Assembly (NCBI GenBank): GCA_051362555.1
Contig: CM120643.1
Location: 9,734,001 to 9,798,000, forward strand
Direction of reading: 5' to 3'
DNA length: 64,000 nucleotides
Source of the DNA: Lingula anatina
Taxonomy: Eukaryota; Animalia; Brachiopoda
Within the stretch, counting starts at the first letter, position 1. Every line of letters starts with the position of its first letter. The notes below the pieces were generated by a model, which searched no databases, was not told the DNA's origin, and was given only the letters and a program-made list of their open reading frames with translations. The translations under genes were made by a program, and so were the position numbers. This document shows, one piece after another, positions 53,701 through 64,000 of the stretch.

Positions 53701-53755
53701 CATTTAGCTTATATGCCTACTTACCAATACTATCTGTTGTGCGATCTGCCGCCAT
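44760..53755 (-). CDS. PhyH-family 2OG-Fe(II) dioxygenase, copy B (ectoine hydroxylase / L-proline trans-4-hydroxylase-like)
   Basis: Exons 53725-53755, 52371-52449, 51952-52144, 46369-46460, 45681-45771, 45097-45378, 44760-44891; same intron positions as copy A; [46 protein letters not shown]. Confidence 0.9.
46832..48469 (+). other. putative spliced transcript (lncRNA or small-ORF gene) nested antisense in dioxygenase B intron 3
   Basis: CpG-rich start with YY1-like gccatcttg; donors CAG|gtaagc (46965) and CAG|gtatgt (47472); acceptors at 47417/47425 and 47978; AATAAA at 48464. Confidence 0.45.
49371..51486 (-). other. putative 3-exon transcript nested in dioxygenase B intron 3; spliced frame with six in-frame TGA
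   Basis: Exons 51353-51486(+), 50328-50457, 49371-49628; strong sites gtgagt, (t)13ggttgcag, gtaagc, tttgcttttttag. Confidence 0.5.
50010..50212 (-). mobile_element. CR1/L2-type LINE ORF2 C-terminal fragment
   Basis: Minus translation [64 protein letters not shown]; typical post-RT region, with a stop. Confidence 0.8.
51631..51951. promoter_or_regulatory. CpG-rich intronic promoter-like region
   Basis: TCTCGCGATA (51631), ETS CCGGAAGT (51642), 24-bp palindrome (51689-51712), E2F TTTTGGCGCGAAAA (51834), TTTCCCGCCATTT (51899), RFX X-box GTTACCATGGTTAC (51938). Confidence 0.55.
53103..53150. repeat. (AATAC)n microsatellite
   Basis: Direct observation. Confidence 0.9.
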
Positions 53756-54254
53756 GTCAACTGCTGTTTATGACAGCTTGATGTGAGACATCACAGCCGC
53801 TAATCATCCGTTCACGTTGCAAAGCGCGCGCGTTGCTACAGTATATAGATACACCAAAAGATTGTGTGGTCTTAAACACCTCGTATCTTACTGTACGGTA
53901 ATAATTCGGGCAGAGACAAGGTCGGGACTAAAAGAATGAAAATTAGCTAGGGAAGTCGTTGTCTTGAAAACTGGGATATCCTTCTAGGCAGCACTTAATC
54001 TGTCCAACACTCTATCTAATTTAAGTCAGTTGCAACCCCTTTTAAGAATCCCATTTTTATTAGAAACGATGAAAATAGTGTTGTAAAGAACGCAAATTTT
54101 TAATGGATCTGTAAGGGACCGTTCACATGCAAAATAAGCGAATAAGGGCCACAACACAGAAGTCGCTACACAACAACCCACACTAACCTCGCACACAGAC
54201 TCACAACAAAAAGTCACAACACAGCAATACACAATAATCTCAGAACACAAAGCT

Positions 54255-54273
54255 CACAGGTGGCGCTGTAAAC
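54255..54273 (+). promoter_or_regulatory. CTCF-like / E-box + Fox composite motif upstream of dioxygenase B
   Basis: cacaggtggcgctgtaaac, exact inverse of 33475-33493. Confidence 0.4.
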
Positions 54274-54531
54274 ACAAACACTGTCTGTGTTTACCTGGTT
54301 CGTAGAGCATACACGACAGTTGGTTATTGCAAAGGCCAATGTGATGCATATTATATTATATCCGCAGAGTTGGGCCGGCCCAGCTGGACAGTATGATGTG
54401 AGAATCTCAATGCACCCTTAATTATTATATAGGGCCAAGTGTTGCAAAAAAATAAAAATAAATAAATAAATAATAATAATAATAATAAAGAAAAAAAACA
54501 CCGCGACTTCGCGTTGCTTATCACACTTGAC

Positions 54532-54618
54532 CACCCTGAGCTTCAGAGATAACTTGACACTAAGCTCTTCACTATAGCCTATCTTCATCGTGTCAAGTTA
54601 TCTCTGAAGCTCAGGGTG
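54532..54618. mobile_element. 87-bp MITE, 29-bp perfect TIR, 8-bp TSD
   Basis: caccctgagcttcagagataacttgacac / gtgtcaagttatctctgaagctcagggtg; TSD cacttgac. Confidence 0.85.
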
Positions 54619-54944
54619 CACTTGACCCATATATGACAGAATTTTCTGCTTAGGTCATGTCTATAGAGTTAGTCGACCGATATACGTTTGAGTCTCGGGG
54701 CCTTTATGTACATTGAGGTGTTATGTAACTCTGCCCTAGCTCAGCATTTTATGTAACTCTACCCTAACTCAGCATTTTATCTTGCTGGTCAAGCATTTAC
54801 AAACGCCGGTGTAACGTGACAGAGAGCCCGACATGACAGAGGGTCCGGTTCCCATAAATTTGCACAGATAGACCTCGCCCTAGATTTTGCCCCACTTACA
54901 TCAGGCTAACCCTAACTTATATAATAAAATGGAGTGGACTCTCA

Positions 54945-55498
54945 TACCCCGTTCACACTACGCTCAGTTATCCGGATAAATTGCGAATTAGGTCACAATT
55001 CGAATAAATGCAGTAGTGTGAACGCAAGAGGATTTTTGTAATGCGCATTTTCAAAATCCTGCAAGCGAGGTGGATTTCTAAGCGCGATCCGGATAACTTA
55101 CCGGAATCGACACCTGTACAGACCTAACTGCGCATGTGTGCAGATAAGTGCGGGTATCTATGAACGCTTGTTTATTACTTTAGCGATTGCACCAAACGTA
55201 TTTGGAGGTCACCATTCACTACAACATGAGGAAACAAACTTATTTTGCCATCTTATGCTTCCCAAGAATGCTGGAATGTCTTTTTGAGATACATTTGCCG
55301 TCAGACTTTTTTGTTGGTATTTTGAGTTTTTCTGTGCGGCGCATGCGCGAGTGTTCAAAACAGGAAGTTAAACCTGAAATTTTCAACGTGGGATTCGGAT
55401 TTGCTTCGCGAGTGTGAACGCAATGCCGAATTGGATTCCTCACGAAAAATCCGAATTACAGAAATGCGCATTTTTGCAACTGTAGTGTGAATGGGGTA
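54945..55498. mobile_element. PIF/Harbinger-type non-autonomous element
   Basis: TIR taccccgttcacactac / gtagtgtgaatggggta; 3-bp TSD TCA; internal gtgtgaacgca repeats. Confidence 0.75.
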
Positions 55499-55526
55499 TC
55501 AGACTCTTCACACCGGATTAGGCACA

Positions 55527-55715
55527 TTTTGTCCGCGTCAGCATTTTTTTGCCTTAGCTCAGCATATTTTCTTGCTGATCAAGCATTTTTCAAGCATGAC
55601 ATTCAAAAAATTTTGTCTGCGTCAGCAATTTTCTGCCTTAGCTCAGCATTTTTTCTTGCTGATCAAGCATTTTTCAAGCATGACACGCAAAAAATTTTGT
55701 CCGCGTCAGCATTTT
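55527..55715. repeat. ~84-bp tandem repeat (about 2.3 units)
   Basis: ttttgtcYgcgtcagca...gccttagctcagcat...cttgctgatcaagcatttttcaagcatgaca; related motif at 54733-54798. Confidence 0.8.
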
Positions 55716-55791
55716 CGCCTGTATATATATACGCGTGAAAGACGCACACACACACACCTTTACTCGAGCAATTGTTCACATTGTCAGTGGA

Positions 55792-56349
55792 ATGGCAACA
55801 TTCTTACCCTTCGGTGTGTCGTTTTGTGCGACAGTCTGCTACAACAAACAAAATGAACTTTTGGTTGTATTGACGGACAGTGCGAGAAACAAGATCCGCT
55901 TCAACTCGGAAGAGTGGGGGCAGTTCAAGGGACATGCTGCAGAAATTCAGGAGGCCTTGTCAAAAGATCAAGCCCTTACAGTCTCGTTCTGCGGCGCCTA
56001 CACATTGGTATTGGACAAACCCAAGTCCTTAATCAAGATCTGCCACCAGTACTTCGGGCCGGCCACGACCCTTGAAATGACGTATTTAGACTGGTCAGTT
56101 TTTTTCCGCTTGTTTCGGGACATTGACGCAGCTCTAGGCCAAAAGAAAAGCGACACAGGCGACTGCGGATCCGATGACACAGCAAGAACAGATGTCAAAC
56201 GTTTAAGCCATTGCCATCTCCTTATGAGGAAAAAGCGACGACTGCAAAGGATGAGAGATAGCCCACGGAAGTCAAAAGCAACTCACTTGCTTAGAGCCGA
56301 TTTGGTCCGTTTCTGTTCACCAGTTTTTGGAACTGGCTATAATATATAG
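55792..56349 (+). CDS. intronless hypothetical protein, possibly tandem PC4-like ssDNA-binding fold (viral/Polinton-derived?)
   Basis: ATG 55792 preceded by TATA-like run (55722) and TCAGT; two segments KIRFNSEEWGQFKGHAAEIQEAL and TLEMTYLDWSVFFRLFRDIDAAL resemble the PC4 C-terminal signature. Confidence 0.45.
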   Translation: MATFLPFGVSFCATVCYNKQNELLVVLTDSARNKIRFNSEEWGQFKGHAAEIQEALSKDQALTVSFCGAYTLVLDKPKSLIKICHQYFGPATTLEMTYLDWSVFFRLFRDIDAALGQKKSDTGDCGSDDTARTDVKRLSHCHLLMRKKRRLQRMRDSPRKSKATHLLRADLVRFCSPVFGTGYNI

Positions 56350-56429
56350 CTTCGGTGAAGAAAGAAAGCTGCTAGTGCAAAGTGACATACATTGCTGCCG
56401 ACTTCGACGAAAGCACCGAAGACACCTTA

Positions 56430-56620
56430 GGCCGCTTTCTCAACAGCGGACTGACTACCTTTAGTTTGCGCATCAAATATGGCTGACCCCCTTTGAATGC
56501 TTGTTGCTTAATCCCCGCCAGGATTCTGTTCAGTGTCTATTTGAGAGTAAGGCGGCAAGCTTTTAAGCGGGTCGCCATATTTATCGGCGGACTAGTTAGT
56601 CTGCTGTTGTGAATGCAGCC
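56430..56620. mobile_element. Harbinger-type MITE
   Basis: Imperfect TIR ggccgctttctcaacagcggactgacta / tagttagtctgctgttgtgaatgcagcc; TTA flanks. Confidence 0.55.
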
Positions 56621-57663
56621 TTAAGGTGACTGGAAACGTATCATCTTAACGTCAGACTTAATACAAGACAAGCACTTGACATCAAGTAAACACATATATG
56701 TAGTTGAATTTTATACATAATATCTTATAGAATATCAATATCTTTGTGTGTCATTGATTTAGTTAAAAATGCTTATGACTAACTGAAATAACGGTAAGCT
56801 GCTATGTAAAAAATCGAGATATTTATTTGACAGAAGAAAATTAGCAAAGAAAAAAATAAACCAATTTAATCAAAGAAGATTCTGTTTGTTTTTTTATAAA
56901 TATAATCATCGCACTTAAATGTTCATAACAAAATGCTGACATCAACAACAATTTCATAAACCTTAACCAAATCCAATACGTGCACGCTCGGCAAATCAAG
57001 ATTGAAAAGGACGTCCTAATCTTTGCTAAATGCTTACTATGACCGTGTTCAGGTTTGAACACCGTTCGACGCTGGATCGACCAGCTTTGCGGTGGATTCT
57101 CGCTATTAAAGTGCAATCAGTGTAATCAAATTCATTGTCTGACACGCCTCTTTGAGTAGCTAGTTAATTAGTTAACTACTCCGTAGCAACTCGAGGAGGA
57201 AGCCGATTACAGTGATTGCACTTGGGGAGACTCTCCCGCAGAGTTGGATCGATCTAGCCAGTATGATGGGTTTATCTGAACGTTCCCAAAGTGAGACCAG
57301 CCGGTACACAGATCACGCTAGAGCCGCGTGGTAATAAAACAACGTCGAAATGGGAGGGACTATGCCGGTTTAAAGTTAATAACGGCAGCTGGTAGACATC
57401 TCAGGAGGATTTTACGCTCAGAAAGTTCATCCTCGAAATTAGAATTATTCACCTTTAAATTCTACTGGGGGGGGGGGGGGGGGGGGGGGGGGGGTCATGC
57501 TCAGAATGTTTGTGATATAAATTTTCGAAAGAAATTTTTTAGGCCTACGTACGAAATGCCGGTGTGACAGGAATGGTAATCCAGTAGGAACAGTATAGTC
57601 TTCTTCCCACTACTTTGTGCAGGTGGCATCCGTCCCATCAACTAACCGCAGTGCTCCGACTAA

Positions 57664-57878
57664 GGCTCTATTCCCATAGATTTAGATCGATCTATCCCCG
57701 CGGGGAGTCTCACTAGATTACTTTCAGATAATCCAACTTAAATGTCCGTCCCGCCTATTACAAGCTGTAAAGGGGGTAATTAACTTTCGTGTCCGCCCGG
57801 CTGACAGGTATTTAGCGTGAACCCCCAGGGAGTTAGGTCGATCTAAAGTAGGTCGATCTAATCTATGGAAATGGGGTG
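57664..57878 (+). mobile_element. 215-bp Harbinger-type MITE (copy 4)
   Basis: Near-identical to 24637-24851; TAA TSD. Confidence 0.85.
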
Positions 57879-57881
57879 TAA

Positions 57882-58085
57882 GAGCCCATTCAGAACAGAT
57901 GATCCTCGGACTAACAGACCCACGGATCAAACATGGCCGTACGTGCCACTCAAAAGAAATGTCGATTATTACCCTGTTGGTCTCCCTGCCTCCACACGCG
58001 CCATTAAACAGATTAAATCTCGACTCCGAGGTTTAATTGCTGGGCCCCAACTCTGTTAGTCCGAGGATCATCTATTCTAAGGCTC
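57882..58085. mobile_element. Harbinger-type MITE abutting the previous one
   Basis: TIR gagcccattcagaacagatgatcctcggactaacaga / tctgttagtccgaggatcatctattctaaggctc; TAA both sides. Confidence 0.75.
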
Positions 58086-58341
58086 TAAGACTACCTTTCC
58101 AGTAACACTGGTACTTATTTTATGTTTACAATAAATCGGATCAACAAACAAATAAAACCCTTAATGGTATTGTTCTTTCCTTTGGAAATTAAAGCATTCA
58201 GTAATACGTAATAAAGCTTATTTATTTATCGCCAAATATCACAATCAGAAGAAGAGATTATGTTTTAAAGTGCCACACAGCAGGGAATAGAATCATGAAA
58301 AAGCCAGAGACATATTTGTGAATATCTAGTGACAAAAAAAA

Positions 58342-61300
58342 TCAATCTGATACCCTGGTAGAGGATACCTCCGCCGAGCCACTTTCTTGGCCTGCGTTAT
58401 CACAATTCAGAGTCATAGCTTCTTGTCCCTCAACGGCAGCCGGAGTTCTAATTTCCCAAATCCCAGACGTGCGCTTGGGGTCTTCAAAATGAAAATCTAC
58501 GTCAACGTTGTCCATTTTTCTAAATTTCAACCCTACTACGTCACTGTCTCTAGGTTTATGTATGTCTTTGGTTTCCCACTCTGAAAGATCTTTGGGTCCT
58601 TCCCGCTCCTTGTCAGACGTGTCGTCTGCTTCAGTTTCCGCCAGACAACAAGACAGGAAATCGGGGATTATTTCTTTTCTGATTAGTAACTCGAAGAGTA
58701 ATGAGAACAAGATAATTGTGGGAAAAGTGATGATGACAATTAAAAGTTTGAAAGGGAAACGCTGGATGTTGTTTTCGTAGTCATACCAAGGGAAGTATAT
58801 AAACGTTGGGATACCAAAAGTACTCTCTCCGGCTCCAAGACGAAGAATCCAGCCTAACACGTAGCTGAAATTTTAAACAAAATACATGGGAAAGGGATAT
58901 GACCACGTCTTCTATCAGGTTTAGAAATTTATTTTTGATTGTTCGACCTACCACACGCTTGGAGAATGGTTGCCACGCCGTAGTATTTCGAAAGATATCG
59001 ACTATCATCAAAATCCATTATAATGTATATACAGGGTGTTCCAAAATATGCCGGTCTTGGAATTTTGTCCTCCTTTGCCTCGGTAAACTATTGAACATGA
59101 GCCAATATCTACCACTGTTAGCTTCTCTCAGTCTTAACACTGTGCATCCAATATAAAGTATTCTCCATGACCTTCGGCAATTGCTTTTGGAACACCCTAT
59201 ATTATATATACCTAGAAATGGGCAGAAGCTCATGCAGTAACGAAATTCTCCCTGCTTATAAAAAAACACACACAAAACCGAAAAATTGAGAAAAACATAG
59301 CCAAGGGATTTAAAAGTTACTGAATAAGAGACTTACCCAATGGCGGATCCATACACATGATAAAACATGCAAAACCGAAAGATAGAGCAAGACATAGCCA
59401 TGAGATTTAAAAATTACAAAACTAGAGATTTACCCAATGGCGGATCCATACACGTTGCACTTCTTAAAGAACAGCACACAGGTCAGCTGCGGGAACAAGA
59501 TAACGTAGATAGCGTCCGAGCAGATGAAGAGCAGGGCGTACACGGAGTTCATGGTGATGGCCATTAAAGTGGCCAAAGCACCGTACACCACCACTGATAT
59601 CCTTAACACCCATGTCACTTCGCGTTCAGATGCCTGGAAGAGATTTAACGACAAAGGAAAACTTTTGATGCCAGATAAACAGTTATTTGAATGGTTTTCA
59701 TAAGCGCGACAGAAAAGTTGTCGAATCACGGTGAAAACAATTATAAAGAGCAGTCTTATCCTGACGAAGAATCATCACTTTTTAAGACTGAAAACAATTT
59801 TAATTCTTGAATGTTAAGACAAAGTGCAATGTTAGCACATCTTTTGTTGTAGACATTTGAAAGTTTTTTGCGACTTCGATTCAATTAACTGCCGATAAAA
59901 TAGAAACCAAAATAAAAAAAAATTGGTTTATTGGTTTAAGAATAATATAGCTCAACTAAGTATAGACTGAGTAAAATTGATTAAAACGTCAATGGCAAAA
60001 TATGAATTCAAGCCTACTGGTAGCAGTGAGAAAATAATTTCATCCCCTGTGTAATTTTTCTTCAGTTAATTATAGCTGTTAATTGATTAAAATTACTTTA
60101 TTCTTGGTAGCAGTTCCTTTTTTTAATTAATGCTTTTACATTCTTCATCGAAATCTTCTCACCTTCCTACCGCATCCCAAAAATTGCCTCAGTGGACGGT
60201 ACACATTGTGGGCAAACAGTGAGCTCATGGACAGAATAATGGAATCCGTGGAAGACATCACGGCGGCAGACACGGCCCCCAGGCCGAAGAAGGAGACCAC
60301 GGGCGGTGTCAGGTAGTTCAGGACCAGGGGCAGAAGGTTCTTGTACTCTTCTGGAGGAACACTGGTCATGTTGAAGTCTCTGTAGTAGCCGGTCATCGTC
60401 CAGTCTGGAAATATGAGGTGGATTATATTGAGAAATTACATCGCCACTCGAGAGCGGAATGACAGCTGACAACATTTGTCTGATGGACTGGTAAATCTGA
60501 GTTATGTATTTGACAGTATATTCAGTATTTTTAAATGAAAACTGGTTGATGCATTCAAGTTGAAACACCAAAAAGTATTCGATCAAATGCAGATCAGGGA
60601 GAGTACAAAAGTGAACATGTGCTACCCTCCCCCCCCCCCAAAAAAAAAGGGCCCAAATACTCTATAATGCAACTCCCTGTAAATCCGTCACCCAGCAGTC
60701 ACGTGACGTCATTTAAAATGACGTAATGAAGTCACAATGACGTCACGAGCTTCAAAGGCAATAATTATTACATACTGGTAGAGGCGGCAATTGCGCCTAT
60801 GATAGCCGGCGGTACAGCTGATAAAATGCAACCAAAAGCGGCCATGCAGGACATCAACTGAGCCTGACGTGCTGTCCTAGACGACATTACTCTCTGGAAG
60901 TATTCCTGTAAAATAGCAAAGAAGCGCACTTAACATAGTTGATAGTAGCTGTGTGGAAAGGGGATATGTGAATTAAAATTCAAAAGTAGGAGCCACTTTA
61001 ATTTGGCTCGAAGAGCCCGTTTTGAGATTGAATAGCAATGTTTCCATGTCTCAAATATGCCGTATTTAAATCTCTTCTCATTAAAAAAAGTGGAAACATG
61101 CACGCACACAAAAATGCAAATGGCAGTTTAACCTATGTTCAAAAATAAAATGATGTAGTCTTGTTACGGAAAATAAATACAGTTTATGAAAATTGTGTAA
61201 AAAGGAGTGCTTTTGGGAGGAAAAGAGGACAAAAAGGAAAACAGAAAAGTGTAACATGCTTTTAAAAAATAAAACAAAATACAAAAACTAAAATGAATTA

Positions 61301-62751
61301 ATAAAAATGGTTTTGAGTGAGAATTGGGTTGGGGCTCTACCACGAGCTCTCCACTGTCTAAATCACTCTCACCTGCCATGGAATACCTCCCATGATAAGC
61401 TGCATGGCGGAGTCCAGATATGTGCCCGTGTTGTCCACATCAATAGACCCCAACCAGTCCGGGGCTGTCACCGCTATGTCCGACACCGCCTCGTGTTTCA
61501 TAGCAAAGGGGAAGGCAAGGACCTGACATCAAAGAATGCGTTCAGAAAAAAGTTCAATTGGATGCGGTTGTTGATTCTCTTTGGTCAGGCACGTGGTCTT
61601 TAATAAAATTAGTAAAATAGGGACGAAAAAAATTTCAGATCTTAAGGCCACACTTTTTTAATTTTATGGATGACATCCTGCGCGCGCACCGATTTTCGTC
61701 CGTTCTCCAAAAAAAAAAAAAAAAAAAAAAATCCCCCCCCCCCTCCAAGGAAGTCGGTTGTCGCAAACGTCGTTATTGAATTTGCGGGAAAATGCAATCG
61801 GCAATCCTCGGCTAATTCCGCAAGCTCCATGCTGTCATTGTCGACTGCGGAGACATCCGAGTAGTTCCGAGTGCGGAAAATGAGCTTTCTGCGCATGCGT
61901 ATTTTCACCACGTGGAAATATGGCCGCTTTGCGTCAAATTCATCTCTAGCATTAATTTCAAAATACACGACAATTAAAGTCATAAAGAGAACGGGGGCCG
62001 TAGTTTTGGATTGGTTTGCCATTGATATTGGACATGGAGATATCACCTTTTTACAATTATACGAAAGGCTGGCCGCGGCCAGCGATCATCGCCCGGAAAA
62101 TTTCAGTGACAATCTGTCCAAAGCAGCACATAGGCTTAGGCCTACCAGGTTTTTTTTTTTTTGTAGTGAAGAAAGGGTCGACAAGAGCGTCGTGGTATTT
62201 GGTGGACTGAAGGTCGGACAGGCCACCCGATAGTTGGCTGCTACGTGTGAGTCGAAGTAGACAAAATGGCATCGACCGAAATTACCTTTTTTAGATTTGG
62301 TAGTAGGAAGCATAGGCCTATCTTTGCTTCCTTCTTTGACAATTCTGTGAAGTGTTCACAATGCTTAAATTTTCTGAAAGTACAAATAAAGACACGCTGT
62401 TTATTTGATATTTGTTTTATTGATTGCTATACCAACAGAATGCATGAAATAACCTTAAATAGATTTGGTAATATGCAGCATATATATATTCATGACTTTT
62501 TACCTTTCTACGAAGTAGTCCCTATTAACAATGCTTTTATATTTTGAGAGCATGGATAAAGACATGTTGTTAGTTTGATACGTGTTTCTGTGGTAAATTA
62601 GTGTTTCCAGCTGTGTACTGAAAACATACCTTTTCTTAAGCAGTTTTTTTTTTTTTTTTGCCCGCTCGCACCGATTTTGGGGTCCCCAGAGGATGTCATC
62701 CATAAAAATAAAAAAGCGTGGCCTAAGGATATATATAGGGAGCGAGAATCG

Positions 62752-62814
<63 letters not shown>

Positions 62815-63166
62815 AGCACCAGTTTGGTACACAAGGCAAAAATATCCACGCGCCAAAATACAAAAAAGAAAAAACAAAAAACAAAAAAAAAATAAGGGTT
62901 TGGAAGCTGCATTTCCTCGTATTTAATCTAAACGGACGAATATTAACGATGTTTAATGATAGTCCTTCTCACTAATTTGCCGCTTTCGAGTGCTGTTATC
63001 GAAATAGATCGACTCACCAGCCCAAACATCATGAAGAGGAGCTGTGCCACGTCTGTATACGCCACAGAATACAGTCCGCCCATTAATGTGTACAGGACAG
63101 CTATGGCGGCCGAGACCACAATGGAAATGGTATTGTCCAGACCAATGACGACCGTCAACGAGGAAC
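58342..63166 (-). CDS. SLC5A7: high-affinity choline transporter 1-like sodium:solute symporter (3' six exons; 5' part beyond window)
   Basis: Exons 63018-63166, 61373-61522, 60776-60905, 60163-60404, 59434-59633, 58342-58864. Motifs [67 protein letters not shown]. Confidence 0.9.
59030..59201. mobile_element. Tc1/mariner-type MITE
   Basis: TIR tacagggtgttccaaaa / ttttggaacaccctata in TA context. Confidence 0.7.
59275..59455 (-). repeat. ~97-bp duplication of the SLC5A7 exon end, donor and adjacent intron
   Basis: ttacccaatggcggatccatacac occurs at 59333 and 59430; upstream aaaaccgaaa...acatagcca also duplicated. Confidence 0.85.
61646..62723. mobile_element. 1.08-kb non-autonomous DNA transposon (Zator- or Harbinger-like)
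   Basis: TIR ggccacacttttttaattttatggatgacatcct / aggatgtcatccataaaaataaaaaagcgtggcc; TAA TSD. Confidence 0.8.
62755..62810. repeat. (TA)n microsatellite
   Basis: Direct observation. Confidence 0.95.
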
Positions 63167-64000
63167 CTGTAAGCAAAAAATGAACACGAGTTTTTTAATA
63201 ATATCATAATTATATAATTATTTAGAATCTGAAATCCATGAAAATATGTTCTGTAGACTTTACAAATAAAATACAATGCAAAAAATACAAAGAGAAAAGG
63301 ATTAATTTACTACAGCATCATTAGATCTTCATAAGATGCGAAACTATTTCATATACAATGGGATTAAATGTTTTTAAAAATTAAGGTGACTGCTTCTGTC
63401 AAAACGCCCATCATTCTGTTCTAAAGAGACGGCATGTGGACAACATGATGTGAGTTGTGTAAGGTGACGGGTCGTTTAAGGCACTAGGTCACAACGGCAG
63501 TCTTCAGGTGCCGTAAATATTGTAACTAGTACCACTGTTTGACGAACTTGATACGGTATCTATGAAAGCTTGTCCGTGATGCCAAAGCGAAGTACTGGTA
63601 TACTCGATAAGCTTCTTATGTCTTCACTTTCAGGTCAAACATGTGGGAAAGGGACAGCCTAGACTAGAAAGGCCACGCATCAGAAACCATCTATAGCGTC
63701 ACGTGCTTTAGGTTCCCGAATCACGACCGATTTATAATAGCATTACAACCATGCTCATGACACTCATGACGCTCATGTGCCAAAAAGCACATTTTAAATA
63801 TAAGCACGGGGACCTTGGTGGGGACTAACCATTTAGAACAAAAAACGGGTTGGCTGGGATCGAGTGCCCCCCCCCCCCACCCCTCCGCATCCTACACTAA
63901 TTGCTGGTGTGGGGGACGTGGGAGTGGGGTAGGCCTTCTAGCCCTCGCTCCCTACGCCCGTGCACTAATGAGTAGGCCTATGACCCTGCATATCTTACCT

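Noticed and set aside
61642-62926. Dense stack of ORFs on both strands
   Set aside because: Explained by the GC-richer interior of a non-autonomous transposon and by (TA)n giving IYIY runs

Overview
AT-rich, intron-containing invertebrate animal DNA (lophotrochozoan/mollusc-like; inferred from gene content and repeats, not proven). Genes were reconstructed by hand from GT-AG boundaries. (1) A 27-exon minus-strand LRP-like receptor (3x YWTD propeller/EGF, HYR, sushi, furin site, GCC2/3 repeat, TM; 9205-33317) carries an antisense short-chain collagen C4-like gene inside intron 9. (2) A compact enzyme cluster has two 7-exon PhyH/EctD-type 2OG-Fe(II) dioxygenase paralogs flanking three tandem NAT8/camello-like acetyltransferases. 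It is bracketed by an identical inverted 19-bp CTCF-like motif and followed by an SLC5A7-like Na+/solute symporter (5' end outside the window). (3) The 5.5-kb intron 3 of the second dioxygenase holds two convergent, apparently spliced transcripts of unknown function; one has a 174-codon spliced frame interrupted only by TGA (six times). (4) An intronless ORF resembles a tandem PC4-type ssDNA-binding protein and may be a viral or Polinton relic. (5) Many MITEs, a LINE fragment and microsatellites are present. Three genes show tandem duplications across splice sites that create stop-containing decoy sites. The first ~9 kb looks non-coding.
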